From positions 427,365-491,364 of the forward strand of contig JAYNIM010000001.1 of NCBI GenBank assembly GCA_038109055.1: a DNA stretch of 64,000 nt, read 5' to 3'. This stretch comes from a bacterium. Lineage in GTDB: Bacteria > Margulisbacteria > Marinamargulisbacteria > GCA-2716485 > JAYNIM01. Of this stretch, positions 49,163 through 59,600 are shown piece by piece; the stretch's first letter is position 1, and each line of letters opens with the position of its first letter. A program made the position numbers and the translations under genes. The notes beneath the pieces are model-generated. The model did no database searches and was not told the DNA's origin. It was given only the letters and a program-made list of their open reading frames with translations.

Positions 49163-50665
49163 ATGTTTTTTGTGAATTTTTTTCTTTTATTATTTTTTAA
49201 TATCCTTTACCTTTCACTTTATTTTTTAAGACTTGATTCCATTCCAATGATTGCTATAGACGAAGGTTGGAACGCTGTTCATGCTTATGATCAGTGGGGA
49301 AAAAATCCTTTCCCTCTTCATTCAACCCTTATTTCTCAGATTTTCCCTCTTTATTACATACTACTTGCTTTTAGTTTTTTATTTTTTGATATCTCTCTTT
49401 TTACAGTTAGATCTATTGCTATTTTAATTGGTCTTGTTGGCTTTAATGGGTTCTTTTTTCTCTTGTCACGCTTCATATCATCTAAGCGCCTTCTTTCAAT
49501 TGGAATGATTCTGTTTCTATTTCATAATGTCTTTATTGTTACGTTTCGTTGGGGTCGATTGGAATTTTTAGTCACAACTCTGATGATTTGGTCTGTTTAT
49601 TTTTTAGTCAAAGCTATACAATCCAAACACTATTATCATCTCTTTTTTACGGGCTTACTGGTGGGGTTAATGGTCTTTACACACCCCTTCGCTACAGCGT
49701 TTGTTCTTTCAATACTCCTCGTTTTGTGGAGATTCCCTATAAACACACGAAAAAGTTATCTCTATTTCGTTGGTGGTGGAGGTATTGTTTTATTTCTTAT
49801 GGTGCTTAAAGGATTCACCTGGGATCTTATTTTTATACAAAATCATTTTTTCTCAATTATGTTTGAACGCACCTCTTTTCATAAAGCTACCCCCTCCTTG
49901 TTTTATCAATTCTATGATTTTTTTCGTGCTTACTGTCTTGGCCTTAAGCGCGTATATATTTTATTTTTTGAAATTGGCATTATTATTTTTTCGTTCTTTC
50001 GATATCGAAAGGATCCTCTACTTTCTAATTTGTCCCTTATTTCTTTTTTCACCTTTATCCAGTTTCTCCTTATCTTACACCCCTTTCGTGCTCGATATAT
50101 GGGAATTGTAATTGTAATATCTATTTTACTAGCTGTTGTTGGTCTTCTAAAGGAAAAAGTTTTACTAAAAAAATTTTTATTCGTTTTTGTATTTCTTTAT
50201 TTTTCAAATAATCTTATGGGCGATTTATATTTTCTATATATTCATAAAAACAACACTCCTTATTCTATTATTACTAAGGAACTAACAACCGAGATACCTT
50301 TAGGCTCCAAAATTGTGGCGCCTGTTCAATTTTGGCTTGCTTTACATGAGTATTATACGATCACGGAAATACATGATGCGATATCGATCAATCAACAAAA
50401 GCCCTCCCTTTCTGTCTACCTCAATAACAGTGACTATTTTATCTATAGTCCTTACTTCCTGGTTAATATATCACCTACATCAGGGACTATTCCAGTACGT
50501 GTTGATTTATCACAAGATCATTTTAACCTTGGTCTTAAAAAAGCCACACAAAATCCTCAATGGACGCTGCATAAAACTATTGATGCAATCCCCTATGACA
50601 AAATCTTTATCTATAAACGAGTAGTCCCTATCAGTGATCCTAGGTCTTCTAAGGGTGCCAAATAA
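49163..50665 (+). CDS. ArnT/PMT-like GT-C membrane glycosyltransferase
   Basis: First-loop acidic IDE motif, PLYY, R.E, THP motifs; many TM segments and a soluble tail; probable start MFFVN at 49163. Confidence 0.72.
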   Translation: MFFVNFFLLLFFNILYLSLYFLRLDSIPMIAIDEGWNAVHAYDQWGKNPFPLHSTLISQIFPLYYILLAFSFLFFDISLFTVRSIAILIGLVGFNGFFFLLSRFISSKRLLSIGMILFLFHNVFIVTFRWGRLEFLVTTLMIWSVYFLVKAIQSKHYYHLFFTGLLVGLMVFTHPFATAFVLSILLVLWRFPINTRKSYLYFVGGGGIVLFLMVLKGFTWDLIFIQNHFFSIMFERTSFHKATPSLFYQFYDFFRAYCLGLKRVYILFFEIGIIIFSFFRYRKDPLLSNLSLISFFTFIQFLLILHPFRARYMGIVIVISILLAVVGLLKEKVLLKKFLFVFVFLYFSNNLMGDLYFLYIHKNNTPYSIITKELTTEIPLGSKIVAPVQFWLALHEYYTITEIHDAISINQQKPSLSVYLNNSDYFIYSPYFLVNISPTSGTIPVRVDLSQDHFNLGLKKATQNPQWTLHKTIDAIPYDKIFIYKRVVPISDPRSSKGAK

Positions 50666-50690
50666 ATATAAATACGCTATAGTTTAGCTT

Positions 50691-52589
50691 ATGAAGTCGT
50701 TACTTAACGTCCTTTTCAGTATTTCTACGAAACTAAAAATTAGTATCCTTGTTTGTCTTGATTTTATCTTTAATAGTTTTTCTTTTTTTCTTTCATTTAC
50801 CTTGTTACAAGGGCTATTTTTATTTTCTTCATTCCAGCATTTTTTGATTATTATGGCGTTATCTGCTCTTATTAAATCTTCATTTTATGCGTATTTTAGG
50901 GTGTATCATTTTTTATGGCGTTATGCATCGGTTAAAGAATTTTTATCTTTGCTTAAAAGTTCGTTACTTAGTTCGTTAGTACTTGGATGTTTTTTATTAG
51001 CTTGGTCTAAAGGTGCTGTTCCTGTACCTGTCCTACTTTTAGATTTTTTTATCACGCTCTCTTTAACTGGTTATTTGCGCGTTTTTATGCGTCTAATTCG
51101 AGATTTTAATCGTAAATGGGGTAGCAAAACAAAGCGTAAACGTGTCTTGATTCTTGGTGCAGGTGAGATTGGAAGTCGTATCGCCAGAGAAATTACTCAA
51201 TTTTATCTTAATGATTATGATATTATTGGTTTTTTAGATGATGATCCTAATAAACTGAAACAGCTTATTTATCACAAAAAAATCTTGGGCACTCTGAATG
51301 ATCTAGAATCTGTATGTCAAACTTTTTTGCCTAACGAACTTATTATTGCCTTACCCTCTATTTCTAGGTCTCGTTTCCAAGAAGTTGTTCACTCCTGTCA
51401 ATCTACAGGCGTTGCATTTCGTTCTACACCGGGACTATCGGCCCTAATTGAAAGCAAAGGGATTACAAATCAATTAAAAGAAGTTGAACTTGATGACCTT
51501 TTGTTACGTTCAGAAATCAAGATGGATCTTGAGCATACACGTTCTTTTTATTCTGGAAAGCGAATTTTAGTGACAGGGGCTGCAGGTTCTATTGGTTCTG
51601 AAATTTGTAGACAGCTTTATAAGTATCTTAATTGTGATATTATTTTACTTGATCATAATGAAAATGCATTATTTGAACTTACTCAAGAGTTGTCCTCCAA
51701 ACCTAATAAGACCATCTCTTTTATTGTTGCAGACATAAAAGATCGTGCGCGATTAGAACATATTTTCAAAATATATCAACCTCACATTTTGTTGCACGCT
51801 GCGGCCCATAAACATGTCCCCTTGATGGAACAGCATCCCTATGAAGCTATCCAAAACAATATTTTAGGTACTCAACATTTGATTGAACTTAGTATACAAT
51901 TTAAGCTCTCACATTTTTTACTCATCTCCACAGACAAAGCTGTACGTCCCAGTAGCTGCATGGGAGCCTCAAAGCGTGCCTGTGAAATGCTTTTACAAAT
52001 TTATTCTGAACATAACAGTGTTTGTAAGTTTTTTGCTGTACGTTTTGGGAATGTTTTAGGATCTAATGGTAGTGTTATCCCATTATTTAAAAAGCAAATC
52101 AAACATGGTGGCCCCCTAACAGTAACGTCTCCTGAAATGACTCGTTATTTTATGACAATTCCAGAAGCTGTCTCATTGGTATTACAAACCGGACCTATTG
52201 CCAAAGGGAGAGATATTTTTATTCTTGATATGGGAAAACCTGTCAAGATTATTGATTTGGCCAAACAAATCATTTCACTTTCTGGATTGATTTTAGATAA
52301 AGATATTGAAATAAAAATTATAGGTCCACGTCCTGGAGAAAAACTGCATGAAGAACTATATTTTGATTCTAAACTTTGTAAGAAAACTGTCATTTCTAAA
52401 ATTTTTGTTAAGCAACATTTTCCTTTTGATTTAGACTTAGCACAGACTTCTATTCAGCAACTTATCACACAGCCTGTCTCTACGTCATCTCTTGCCTTAA
52501 AGCAACAGTTATTTGATATTGTTAATCATTGTACTCCCTTAGCTAAAACTGGCTTTCTTTCTTCTATACAATTAAAAACTGATGCTTGA
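50691..52589 (+). CDS. Membrane-bound NDP-sugar 4,6-dehydratase (PglF/CapD/WbpM family)
   Basis: Four N-terminal TMs; GAGEIG, TGAAGSIGSE, AAHKHVP, STDKAV, RFGNVLGS, RPGEKL. Confidence 0.92.
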   Translation: MKSLLNVLFSISTKLKISILVCLDFIFNSFSFFLSFTLLQGLFLFSSFQHFLIIMALSALIKSSFYAYFRVYHFLWRYASVKEFLSLLKSSLLSSLVLGCFLLAWSKGAVPVPVLLLDFFITLSLTGYLRVFMRLIRDFNRKWGSKTKRKRVLILGAGEIGSRIAREITQFYLNDYDIIGFLDDDPNKLKQLIYHKKILGTLNDLESVCQTFLPNELIIALPSISRSRFQEVVHSCQSTGVAFRSTPGLSALIESKGITNQLKEVELDDLLLRSEIKMDLEHTRSFYSGKRILVTGAAGSIGSEICRQLYKYLNCDIILLDHNENALFELTQELSSKPNKTISFIVADIKDRARLEHIFKIYQPHILLHAAAHKHVPLMEQHPYEAIQNNILGTQHLIELSIQFKLSHFLLISTDKAVRPSSCMGASKRACEMLLQIYSEHNSVCKFFAVRFGNVLGSNGSVIPLFKKQIKHGGPLTVTSPEMTRYFMTIPEAVSLVLQTGPIAKGRDIFILDMGKPVKIIDLAKQIISLSGLILDKDIEIKIIGPRPGEKLHEELYFDSKLCKKTVISKIFVKQHFPFDLDLAQTSIQQLITQPVSTSSLALKQQLFDIVNHCTPLAKTGFLSSIQLKTDA

Positions 52590-52640
52590 CGTTGTCGTAA
52601 TTTTCTAGTCGATACTTTATTTTTTTGCTATACTTTTTCT

Positions 52641-53780
52641 GTGCATAATACAGTTAAAGATATTACAAGTGTTCCTTTATTAGATTTAAATACAGAGTAT
52701 GAGCCAATAGCTGATCAAGTTCTATCTGCTATTAAGACTGTTTATGAACATAAGCAGTTTATTAATGGGCCTGAAGTTTATGAGTTAGAACACGCTATCG
52801 CTTCGTATTGTGGGAGCCGTCATGCGGTGGGCTGCTCTTCTGGCACAGATGCCTTGCTACTATCTTTGATGTCTTTGGGGATTGGCAGCGGAGATGAGGT
52901 TATTACTACAACGTTTTCATTTTTTGCTACGGCTGGTTCTATTGCCAGAACAGGGGCTACCCCTGTTTTTGTTGATGTCAATCCACAAACTTTTAATATT
53001 GATCCTTCATTAATTGAAGCTAAAATCACCTCTAAAACCAAGGCGATTATGCCTGTTCATCTTTTTGGTCAAATGGCAGATATGGACCCTATCATGGCTA
53101 TTGCAAAAAAACATCATCTTTTTGTTATTGAGGATGCCGCTCAGGCCATTGGTGCTTCTTATACAAATGCTGATGGAGTCACAAAAAAAGCGGGTACAGT
53201 CGGAGATATTGGTTGCTTTTCTTTTTTTCCTAGTAAAAATTTGGGTTGTATGGGTGATGGGGGTATTGTGACATGTCATGATGATAGCTTAGCTGAGCAG
53301 CTAAATGTGATTAAAAATCATGGCTCTAAACCCAAATATTACCACTCTTTTGTTGGGGGTAATTTTAGGTTAGATACCCTACAGGCTGCGGTTTTAAATG
53401 TAAAATTACCTTATCTTAATGATCATCATAAAAAAAGACAGGAAAATGCCCTTTTTTATAATTCTCAACTTTCAGACTTACAGATACCCTTTGTCTTGGA
53501 CACACATTCTTCTATTTATAACCAATATACGCTCAATCTCTCAAACCGTGATAAGGTTATTTCTTCCTTAAATGATGCAAATATTGGGTCTTGTATTTAT
53601 TATCCTGTTCCTTTACATCTCCAACAATGCTTTGCTCACTTAGGGTATAAAAAAGGAGACTGCCCTATTGCTGAAACACTTTGCGATAACGTATTATCTA
53701 TCCCTATTTTTTCAGGTTTAACTACAGAGCATTTGGATTATGTTGTCACCCACTTGCGTGAGGCTATTAGCACGCATTAA
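52641..53780 (+). CDS. DegT-family aminotransferase, WbpE-like
   Basis: SSGTDAL, EDAAQAIGA, SFFPSKNLGCMGDGG, NFRLDTLQAA, YYPVPLH. Confidence 0.88.
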   Translation: MHNTVKDITSVPLLDLNTEYEPIADQVLSAIKTVYEHKQFINGPEVYELEHAIASYCGSRHAVGCSSGTDALLLSLMSLGIGSGDEVITTTFSFFATAGSIARTGATPVFVDVNPQTFNIDPSLIEAKITSKTKAIMPVHLFGQMADMDPIMAIAKKHHLFVIEDAAQAIGASYTNADGVTKKAGTVGDIGCFSFFPSKNLGCMGDGGIVTCHDDSLAEQLNVIKNHGSKPKYYHSFVGGNFRLDTLQAAVLNVKLPYLNDHHKKRQENALFYNSQLSDLQIPFVLDTHSSIYNQYTLNLSNRDKVISSLNDANIGSCIYYPVPLHLQQCFAHLGYKKGDCPIAETLCDNVLSIPIFSGLTTEHLDYVVTHLREAISTH

Positions 53781-53804
53781 TTTAGCCGTTATAGGCTAGT
53801 AGTT

Positions 53805-54788
53805 ATGTATATTTTGGGCATTGAAAGTTCCTGTGACGAAACTGCGGTGGCTGTTGTAAAAGATGGTAATCAGGTACTAAGTAATTGTGTCTATTCCCAA
53901 ATAAACGCCCATAAAACCAAGGGAGGGGTGGTTCCTGACCTTGCTTCTCGCCTTCACTGTAAACATATCAACCCTCTTATCGAAAAAAGTTTACATGATG
54001 CAAATCTTGAATGGTCTAACCTTGATGCAATTGCTGTTACTCAAGGTCCTGGTTTAGAAGCCTCTCTTTTGGTCGGTATTTCTGCAGCTAAAACATTGGC
54101 TCACTGCTGTCAGTTACCGTTAATCCCTGTCAATCATTTACATGGTCATATATATGCTCACTTTTTAAGTGTAACTCCGCCCAGCTTCCCGTTTATTACC
54201 TTGTTGGTATCTGGAGGAAATACTCTTTTGTGTCTTGTAAAAAACCATTATGATTTTGACTTAATTGGCGCTACTCGTGATGATGCCGCTGGTGAAGCTT
54301 TTGATAAAATTGGGCGTTATTTAGGACTGGGCTACCCTGCAGGTCCTAAAATTGAACGACTTGCAAACCATGCCTCTGACCTCAAAATCCCTTTTCCTAA
54401 ACCTATGCTTCATGATGGTCTGGATTTCAGTTTTTCTGGCTTAAAAACAGCGGTTATGACCTATATTGATCAAAACCCTGATGTTGCTAAAGAAGATATT
54501 TGTTCGAATGTACAAAGTACAATTATAGAACTTTTATTTCATAAAAGTCTGAGTGCTTGTAAACAGTATGATTGCTTTAATTTGGCAATTACTGGGGGTG
54601 TCGCGGCTAATCAAACATTGTCTACTTATTTTAGCGATCACTGCAAAACTGAAGGGTTATCCTTTTTTGGCCTTCCTCGAAATTTATGTACAGATAATGC
54701 TGCTATGATTGCAACTGCTGCTTATTATAAAGCTACCTTTACAACATTTAACTCAAGCTGTGAAGTAAATCCTAGTTTGACACTATGA
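53805..54788 (+). CDS. tsaD: tRNA N6-threonylcarbamoyltransferase
   Basis: GIESSCDET, GGVVP, HLHGH, DDAAGEAFDK, FSFSGLKT, CTDNAAMI. Confidence 0.95.
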   Translation: MYILGIESSCDETAVAVVKDGNQVLSNCVYSQINAHKTKGGVVPDLASRLHCKHINPLIEKSLHDANLEWSNLDAIAVTQGPGLEASLLVGISAAKTLAHCCQLPLIPVNHLHGHIYAHFLSVTPPSFPFITLLVSGGNTLLCLVKNHYDFDLIGATRDDAAGEAFDKIGRYLGLGYPAGPKIERLANHASDLKIPFPKPMLHDGLDFSFSGLKTAVMTYIDQNPDVAKEDICSNVQSTIIELLFHKSLSACKQYDCFNLAITGGVAANQTLSTYFSDHCKTEGLSFFGLPRNLCTDNAAMIATAAYYKATFTTFNSSCEVNPSLTL

Positions 54789-56119
54789 ACATTAATTTAA
54801 AGGTTAATCTTGCGCAAAAACTAACATTATCTCAGTCTTTACACCCTTCTCTTCTTCAAAAATTTAAAATACTTCAATACTCTTACCATGATTTGCAACG
54901 TAGTATTGAAGAAAGTTGTCAGGATAATATTATGTTGGATATCACTGATAACTATATTCCAATAAAAAGTAGTCAACTTTCATATTCTAACCATGATGAA
55001 GATGTTCGTTCTCTGGCTATTTCTGATTTAGAACCTGTATCATTAGAGGATTATTTACTCAAACAAGTCAAACTTATTGGGCTTCCTTTATCTGATTTTC
55101 GTGTGATTTCTTTTTTAATCCATTCGCTAGATGAACGTGGTTATTTTACTGATTTTTCTGCTATTGAGAAGAAGGCTCTTGATCGATTTTCACTTTCAAA
55201 ACGCAAATTATTATCTTTGTTAAAAATTTTACAGAATCTAGAACCCGATGGCGTAGGGGCTAGATCGTTATCTGAATGTTTGGCTCTTCAAGTTGAGCAT
55301 TATAACTTTGAGGATCCCTCATTAAAAAAGCCTATCTTGGCTGTTGTTAAACATCATTTACAGGCTATTTCTGAGAAAAAGTTTAAATCCGTTGCTATAT
55401 CATTATCGCTTCCTGAAAATGGCATTATCGCTATTGCTGATTTTATCAAGCAAAACTTGGACCCTAGTCCCTGTTCGAAATTCATTCAATCTCATACAAG
55501 CTATATACGACCGTCATTTAAAGTAGAATTAAGTAATAATCAATTAAAACTGCTTAATTTAGAAACTAGCTCCGGGCCTACTCTTTCCCTTTCTTCTCGT
55601 TATCAACACCTGTTAAATGAGGCCAAAGGAGATGCTTCTGCAACCGTATTTCTTACTCAACAACTGAAGAAAGCCAAGGAACTTATTTCTGCGATCAATC
55701 ATCGCGAAGATCACTTAAACAAACTAGTCAAAACCTTACTTTCTAAACAAGAGGCTGCTTTTCGACATGGCCTAGCGTATTTAACACCTTTATCTCAAAA
55801 ATCCTTATCTCAGGAGCTCTCATTATCTCCGTCTATGATATCCCGAACCTTAAGTCAAAAATATGTTGAGACTCCATTTGGACTTTTATCTTTAAGACAA
55901 TTTTGTCCCCGTAATTATTTTGGATTTACAAAAGAACGCTTTTTGCAAGTTATCAAACATGTCCTTGAAGAATTTCCTAGAGCAAGTGATCAACAAATTT
56001 CGCGCACCTTGATAGAAAGAGGTATCTCAATCGCACGTCGTACAATTGCTAAATATCGCCATGAATTAGCGATCCCTGCTCGTTTTATGGCAGTTCCTCG
56101 TTCATCATCATCGCTATGA
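54785..56119 (+). CDS. rpoN: RNA polymerase sigma-54 factor
   Basis: LDERGY, EPDGVGARSLSECLALQ, S.ISR...KY, SDQQI, RpoN box ARRTIAKYR. Confidence 0.9.
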   Translation: MNINLKVNLAQKLTLSQSLHPSLLQKFKILQYSYHDLQRSIEESCQDNIMLDITDNYIPIKSSQLSYSNHDEDVRSLAISDLEPVSLEDYLLKQVKLIGLPLSDFRVISFLIHSLDERGYFTDFSAIEKKALDRFSLSKRKLLSLLKILQNLEPDGVGARSLSECLALQVEHYNFEDPSLKKPILAVVKHHLQAISEKKFKSVAISLSLPENGIIAIADFIKQNLDPSPCSKFIQSHTSYIRPSFKVELSNNQLKLLNLETSSGPTLSLSSRYQHLLNEAKGDASATVFLTQQLKKAKELISAINHREDHLNKLVKTLLSKQEAAFRHGLAYLTPLSQKSLSQELSLSPSMISRTLSQKYVETPFGLLSLRQFCPRNYFGFTKERFLQVIKHVLEEFPRASDQQISRTLIERGISIARRTIAKYRHELAIPARFMAVPRSSSSL

Positions 56120-56155
56120 CTTCATAATCTAGTATGCGTTAACTTTTATGTCGCT

Positions 56156-56872
56156 TTATGTTCTTTCAAATATATCTGTCATACTTTCCAGATATGCTAA
56201 ATCTTGTGGCCAGGTACATTTGATATTTTGTCTTTCACCTTGCACAACATGTACCTTAATTCCAGCCTTTTCAACGAGCTGTGCCTCATCACTTAATAAG
56301 CTTAACTCTCTATTAGATCCCGCTTTTTTATAACAATCCTTCAATAAGGAACTATCAAAACACTGTGGTGTTTGAATAGCACATAGTTGATCTCTATTGA
56401 CGGTATTGAGGACTAACTTTTCTTTATTAACTTGTTTGATGGTATCTACCACAGAAATACCTGGAATGACTGCTTGATGCGTATCTGAGGCCTGTAATAT
56501 TCGTTCGATTAAGACCAATGATATCGCTGGTCTAGCTGCATCATGTATCATGATTTTATCACAGGATTCACCTGCCTTCTCAACAGCCTTTTGAACGGAT
56601 AAAAAACGGGTTTTATCTCCTAATATAACCTGAGTTTTTGGTACCTGAGCTGTTGTTTTTATCATACTTGTTAAATATGTTTTTATCTCTTTCTCATTGT
56701 GCTCATTACAGGTGATGATTATTTTTGTAATTAGCTGAGGATACTTAACAGATAATTTATAAAATACAGTCAGACTATGTGCAAATAACGGTTTTCCTTT
56801 CAACATGACCATGGCTTTGTCCTGACCAAAGCGCTGTCCGGTTCCAGCAGCCGTAATGACGACTGCAATCAT
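56156..56872 (-). CDS. ispD: 2-C-methyl-D-erythritol 4-phosphate cytidylyltransferase
   Basis: AAGTGQRF, HDAARP, DTIK, QTPQ, NIK; start MIAVV at 56872 (ATGA overlap with trpA). Confidence 0.88.
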   Translation of the reverse strand: MIAVVITAAGTGQRFGQDKAMVMLKGKPLFAHSLTVFYKLSVKYPQLITKIIITCNEHNEKEIKTYLTSMIKTTAQVPKTQVILGDKTRFLSVQKAVEKAGESCDKIMIHDAARPAISLVLIERILQASDTHQAVIPGISVVDTIKQVNKEKLVLNTVNRDQLCAIQTPQCFDSSLLKDCYKKAGSNRELSLLSDEAQLVEKAGIKVHVVQGERQNIKCTWPQDLAYLESMTDIFERT

Positions 56873-57648
56873 GGTTGTAAGTTCAAGAGTTCGTTTCTTA
56901 GTGCACGCAATTGTGTTTGTGGACACTGCTTGTTTTGAGCTAAAAACCGCACAAAATAAGACCCGACTATGGCGGCATCTGCTATCTGACAAACCTCTTG
57001 AACCTGCTGTTTACTACTAATCCCAAACCCTATTGCTACAGGTATATCCTTTATTGCTTTTATAGCAGCTACCTGTGTAGCTAAGGTATCTGATAACGTT
57101 GCTTGCTCGCCAGTCACACCTACCCTAGACATGAGATACACAAAGCCCGTGCTTGCTTCTACGATTTGTTTTAATCTCTCTTTGCTACATAAAGGAGAGA
57201 CTAAAAAAATAAGATCTACGCTATTTTTCTTTGCTGCCTTAATATAGCGATCTGCTGTGTCTGGATTTAGATCTGGCACTATAAGACCTGCTAAGTGATG
57301 GGCATTTGCAGCTTCAAAAAAGGCCTCTATTCCATAGCGAAAAACTAAATTTGCTGCTGCCATAAATATCAAGGGAACGTCGCTAGATGTTGCTAATTTT
57401 GATACCAGTCTAAGTGCCATGTCTACACTCATATCTGGGGCCTCCTCTAGTGCTCGATGATGTGAGGCTTGAATGATAGGTCCATCCGCAATTGGATCAG
57501 AAAAAGGGAGGCCAATTTCTATGGCACTTACATCAGCGTTTATGGCTTCTTGAATAATGTGTTCTGTTTGTTCAAGTGATGGATCCCCGCAAGTAAAATA
57601 TGGAATCAACCCTTGTTTTTCTTTTAATCGTTGTTCTAGTTTAGACAT
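56869..57648 (-). CDS. trpA: Tryptophan synthase alpha subunit
   Basis: [33 protein letters not shown]. Confidence 0.95.
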   Translation of the reverse strand: MSKLEQRLKEKQGLIPYFTCGDPSLEQTEHIIQEAINADVSAIEIGLPFSDPIADGPIIQASHHRALEEAPDMSVDMALRLVSKLATSSDVPLIFMAAANLVFRYGIEAFFEAANAHHLAGLIVPDLNPDTADRYIKAAKKNSVDLIFLVSPLCSKERLKQIVEASTGFVYLMSRVGVTGEQATLSDTLATQVAAIKAIKDIPVAIGFGISSKQQVQEVCQIADAAIVGSYFVRFLAQNKQCPQTQLRALRNELLNLQP

Positions 57649-58807
57649 GGGACGCAGTAATTGACCTTAAGTCTTTATCTCCTCTACCGGATAAATTAAT
57701 CACGATTAGGTTATTTTTAAGTTCAGTTTTGAAAAGATAAGCAAAAGCATGCGCTGTTTCTAAAGCGGGTATAATCCCTTCTAATTGAGATAATTCTTTG
57801 CAAGCTGCCACGGCTTCCTTATCAGTTATTGCTGCTACTTTTATACGTTTCGTATCATATAACTGACACAATTCAGGACCGACCCCTGGATAATCTAAAC
57901 CCGCTGAAATTGAATGAGCTATTTGGATCTGACCAGTTTTGCTTTGCAGTATTTTATTTAATGACCCATGCAAAATACCTTTAATTCCTTTAGATAATGA
58001 TGCTGCATGTGCGTTAGAGTCTAAGCCTTCTCCAGCTGCTTCGACCGCAATTAAGTCTATCTCCTTATGCGGGATAAAGGGGTAAAAGATTCCCATTGCG
58101 TTTGATCCACCACCAACACAGGCAATAATTTTATCTGGCAAACGTCCTTCATAGGCGCGTATTTGCTCGATTGTTTCATCCCCAATAATGCGTTGAAAAT
58201 CTCTTACTATGGTTGGGAATGGATGTGGGCCCAATACTGACCCCATACAATAATGACTCGTTTCTACATGCTCAATCCAATAGCGCATAGCCTCGGTTGT
58301 CGCTTCTTTTAATGTTTCTGAACCGAACTCTACTTTTCTTACATCAGCGCCTAATAATTGCATACGTTGTACGTTAAGTGCTTGCCGTTTGTAATCTACT
58401 GCCCCCATAAATATGATCGCCTTCACCCCTAAGTTTGCTGCGGCTGTGGCAGTTGCTACGCCGTGTTGCCCTGCCCCTGTTTCTGCTATAATGTATTTTT
58501 TACCTAGTTCTTTTGCTAATAATACTTGTCCCACCGTATTGTTTATTTTATGGGCGCCTGTATGTGCTAGGTCTTCTCGTTTAAGATAGACTGACGCCTG
58601 GTATTTTTCGCTTAAATTTTTAGCTTTATACAGAGGGGTTGGCCTTCCTACAAAATCACTCAAATATTTTTTTAGCTCTTGTTGAAATTTAGGCTCTTTC
58701 TTTTTCTTGTTATAAGCCGCTTCAATGTCATTTAATGCTGACACTAAGGTATCAGGTACAAAGGCGCCTCCATATGGACCGAAATACCCCTTGTTTTTAT
58801 CTGTCAT
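57641..58807 (-). CDS. trpB: Tryptophan synthase beta subunit
   Basis: [50 protein letters not shown]. Confidence 0.97.
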   Translation of the reverse strand: MTDKNKGYFGPYGGAFVPDTLVSALNDIEAAYNKKKKEPKFQQELKKYLSDFVGRPTPLYKAKNLSEKYQASVYLKREDLAHTGAHKINNTVGQVLLAKELGKKYIIAETGAGQHGVATATAAANLGVKAIIFMGAVDYKRQALNVQRMQLLGADVRKVEFGSETLKEATTEAMRYWIEHVETSHYCMGSVLGPHPFPTIVRDFQRIIGDETIEQIRAYEGRLPDKIIACVGGGSNAMGIFYPFIPHKEIDLIAVEAAGEGLDSNAHAASLSKGIKGILHGSLNKILQSKTGQIQIAHSISAGLDYPGVGPELCQLYDTKRIKVAAITDKEAVAACKELSQLEGIIPALETAHAFAYLFKTELKNNLIVINLSGRGDKDLRSITASHV

Positions 58808-59589
58808 AATAAGGACTTAATTTCATCTATATGTGTTTTTGTATGTTCGTAGCCTAGTTCAATAAGTCTCTTACCCCGTCTAACATTAAAAGACGTAAAA
58901 CGCTCCGTAACAGGGTATAAAACTATATCGGCTTCTTTAGCTAAATAGCTTGAAATACTATTAAGTAAAATATCTAAACCTCGATCTACTAATGTTGCGA
59001 CATTATGTGGTAGGGTTTTAATCGTAATTTTGGGAATAACATCTACCCCTATGACAATATCTGCCCCCATCTCTTTTACAACATTACAAGGTAAATTAAA
59101 GGCTGCACCACCATCAAAATAATAAACCCCATTAATTTCTGTTGGTTCATAAATTCCGGGAAAAGAAGTACTTGCTCTTACTGCAAGTCCAATTTCTAAT
59201 TCTGGATCCGTTAATTTTACCCCTTTACCCGTTAAAATATCAGTGACTAAGATACTTATGGGTATTTTAAAATCTTTTATTCTTTTCTTACCAATATATT
59301 TTTCTAGTAGTTCTTGAATTGGTTTTGATGATACGAGACTTCTCCGTGATAGTTTGAACCTAGAAAAATTACTCCAAGTAAGATTACTGCCTATTTCCAC
59401 TATTTTATCGATATCAATACCTGCACCGTATAATGACGCAACAACAGATCCTGCACTTGTAGCAGCGATATAATCAATTGGTATTTTATGTTCTAATAAT
59501 GCTTTAATGACACCTACATGCGCGATTCCTCTTGCAGCGCCACCCCCAAGTGCGACCCCTACAGTTTTCCTTTTTTTATTAGCTGTCAT
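58804..59589 (-). CDS. Patatin-like phospholipase (RssA/NTE family)
   Basis: [17 protein letters not shown] nucleophile elbow, DGG. Confidence 0.9.
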   Translation of the reverse strand: MTANKKRKTVGVALGGGAARGIAHVGVIKALLEHKIPIDYIAATSAGSVVASLYGAGIDIDKIVEIGSNLTWSNFSRFKLSRRSLVSSKPIQELLEKYIGKKRIKDFKIPISILVTDILTGKGVKLTDPELEIGLAVRASTSFPGIYEPTEINGVYYFDGGAAFNLPCNVVKEMGADIVIGVDVIPKITIKTLPHNVATLVDRGLDILLNSISSYLAKEADIVLYPVTERFTSFNVRRGKRLIELGYEHTKTHIDEIKSLL

Positions 59590-59600
59590 TTCAACTAGTG

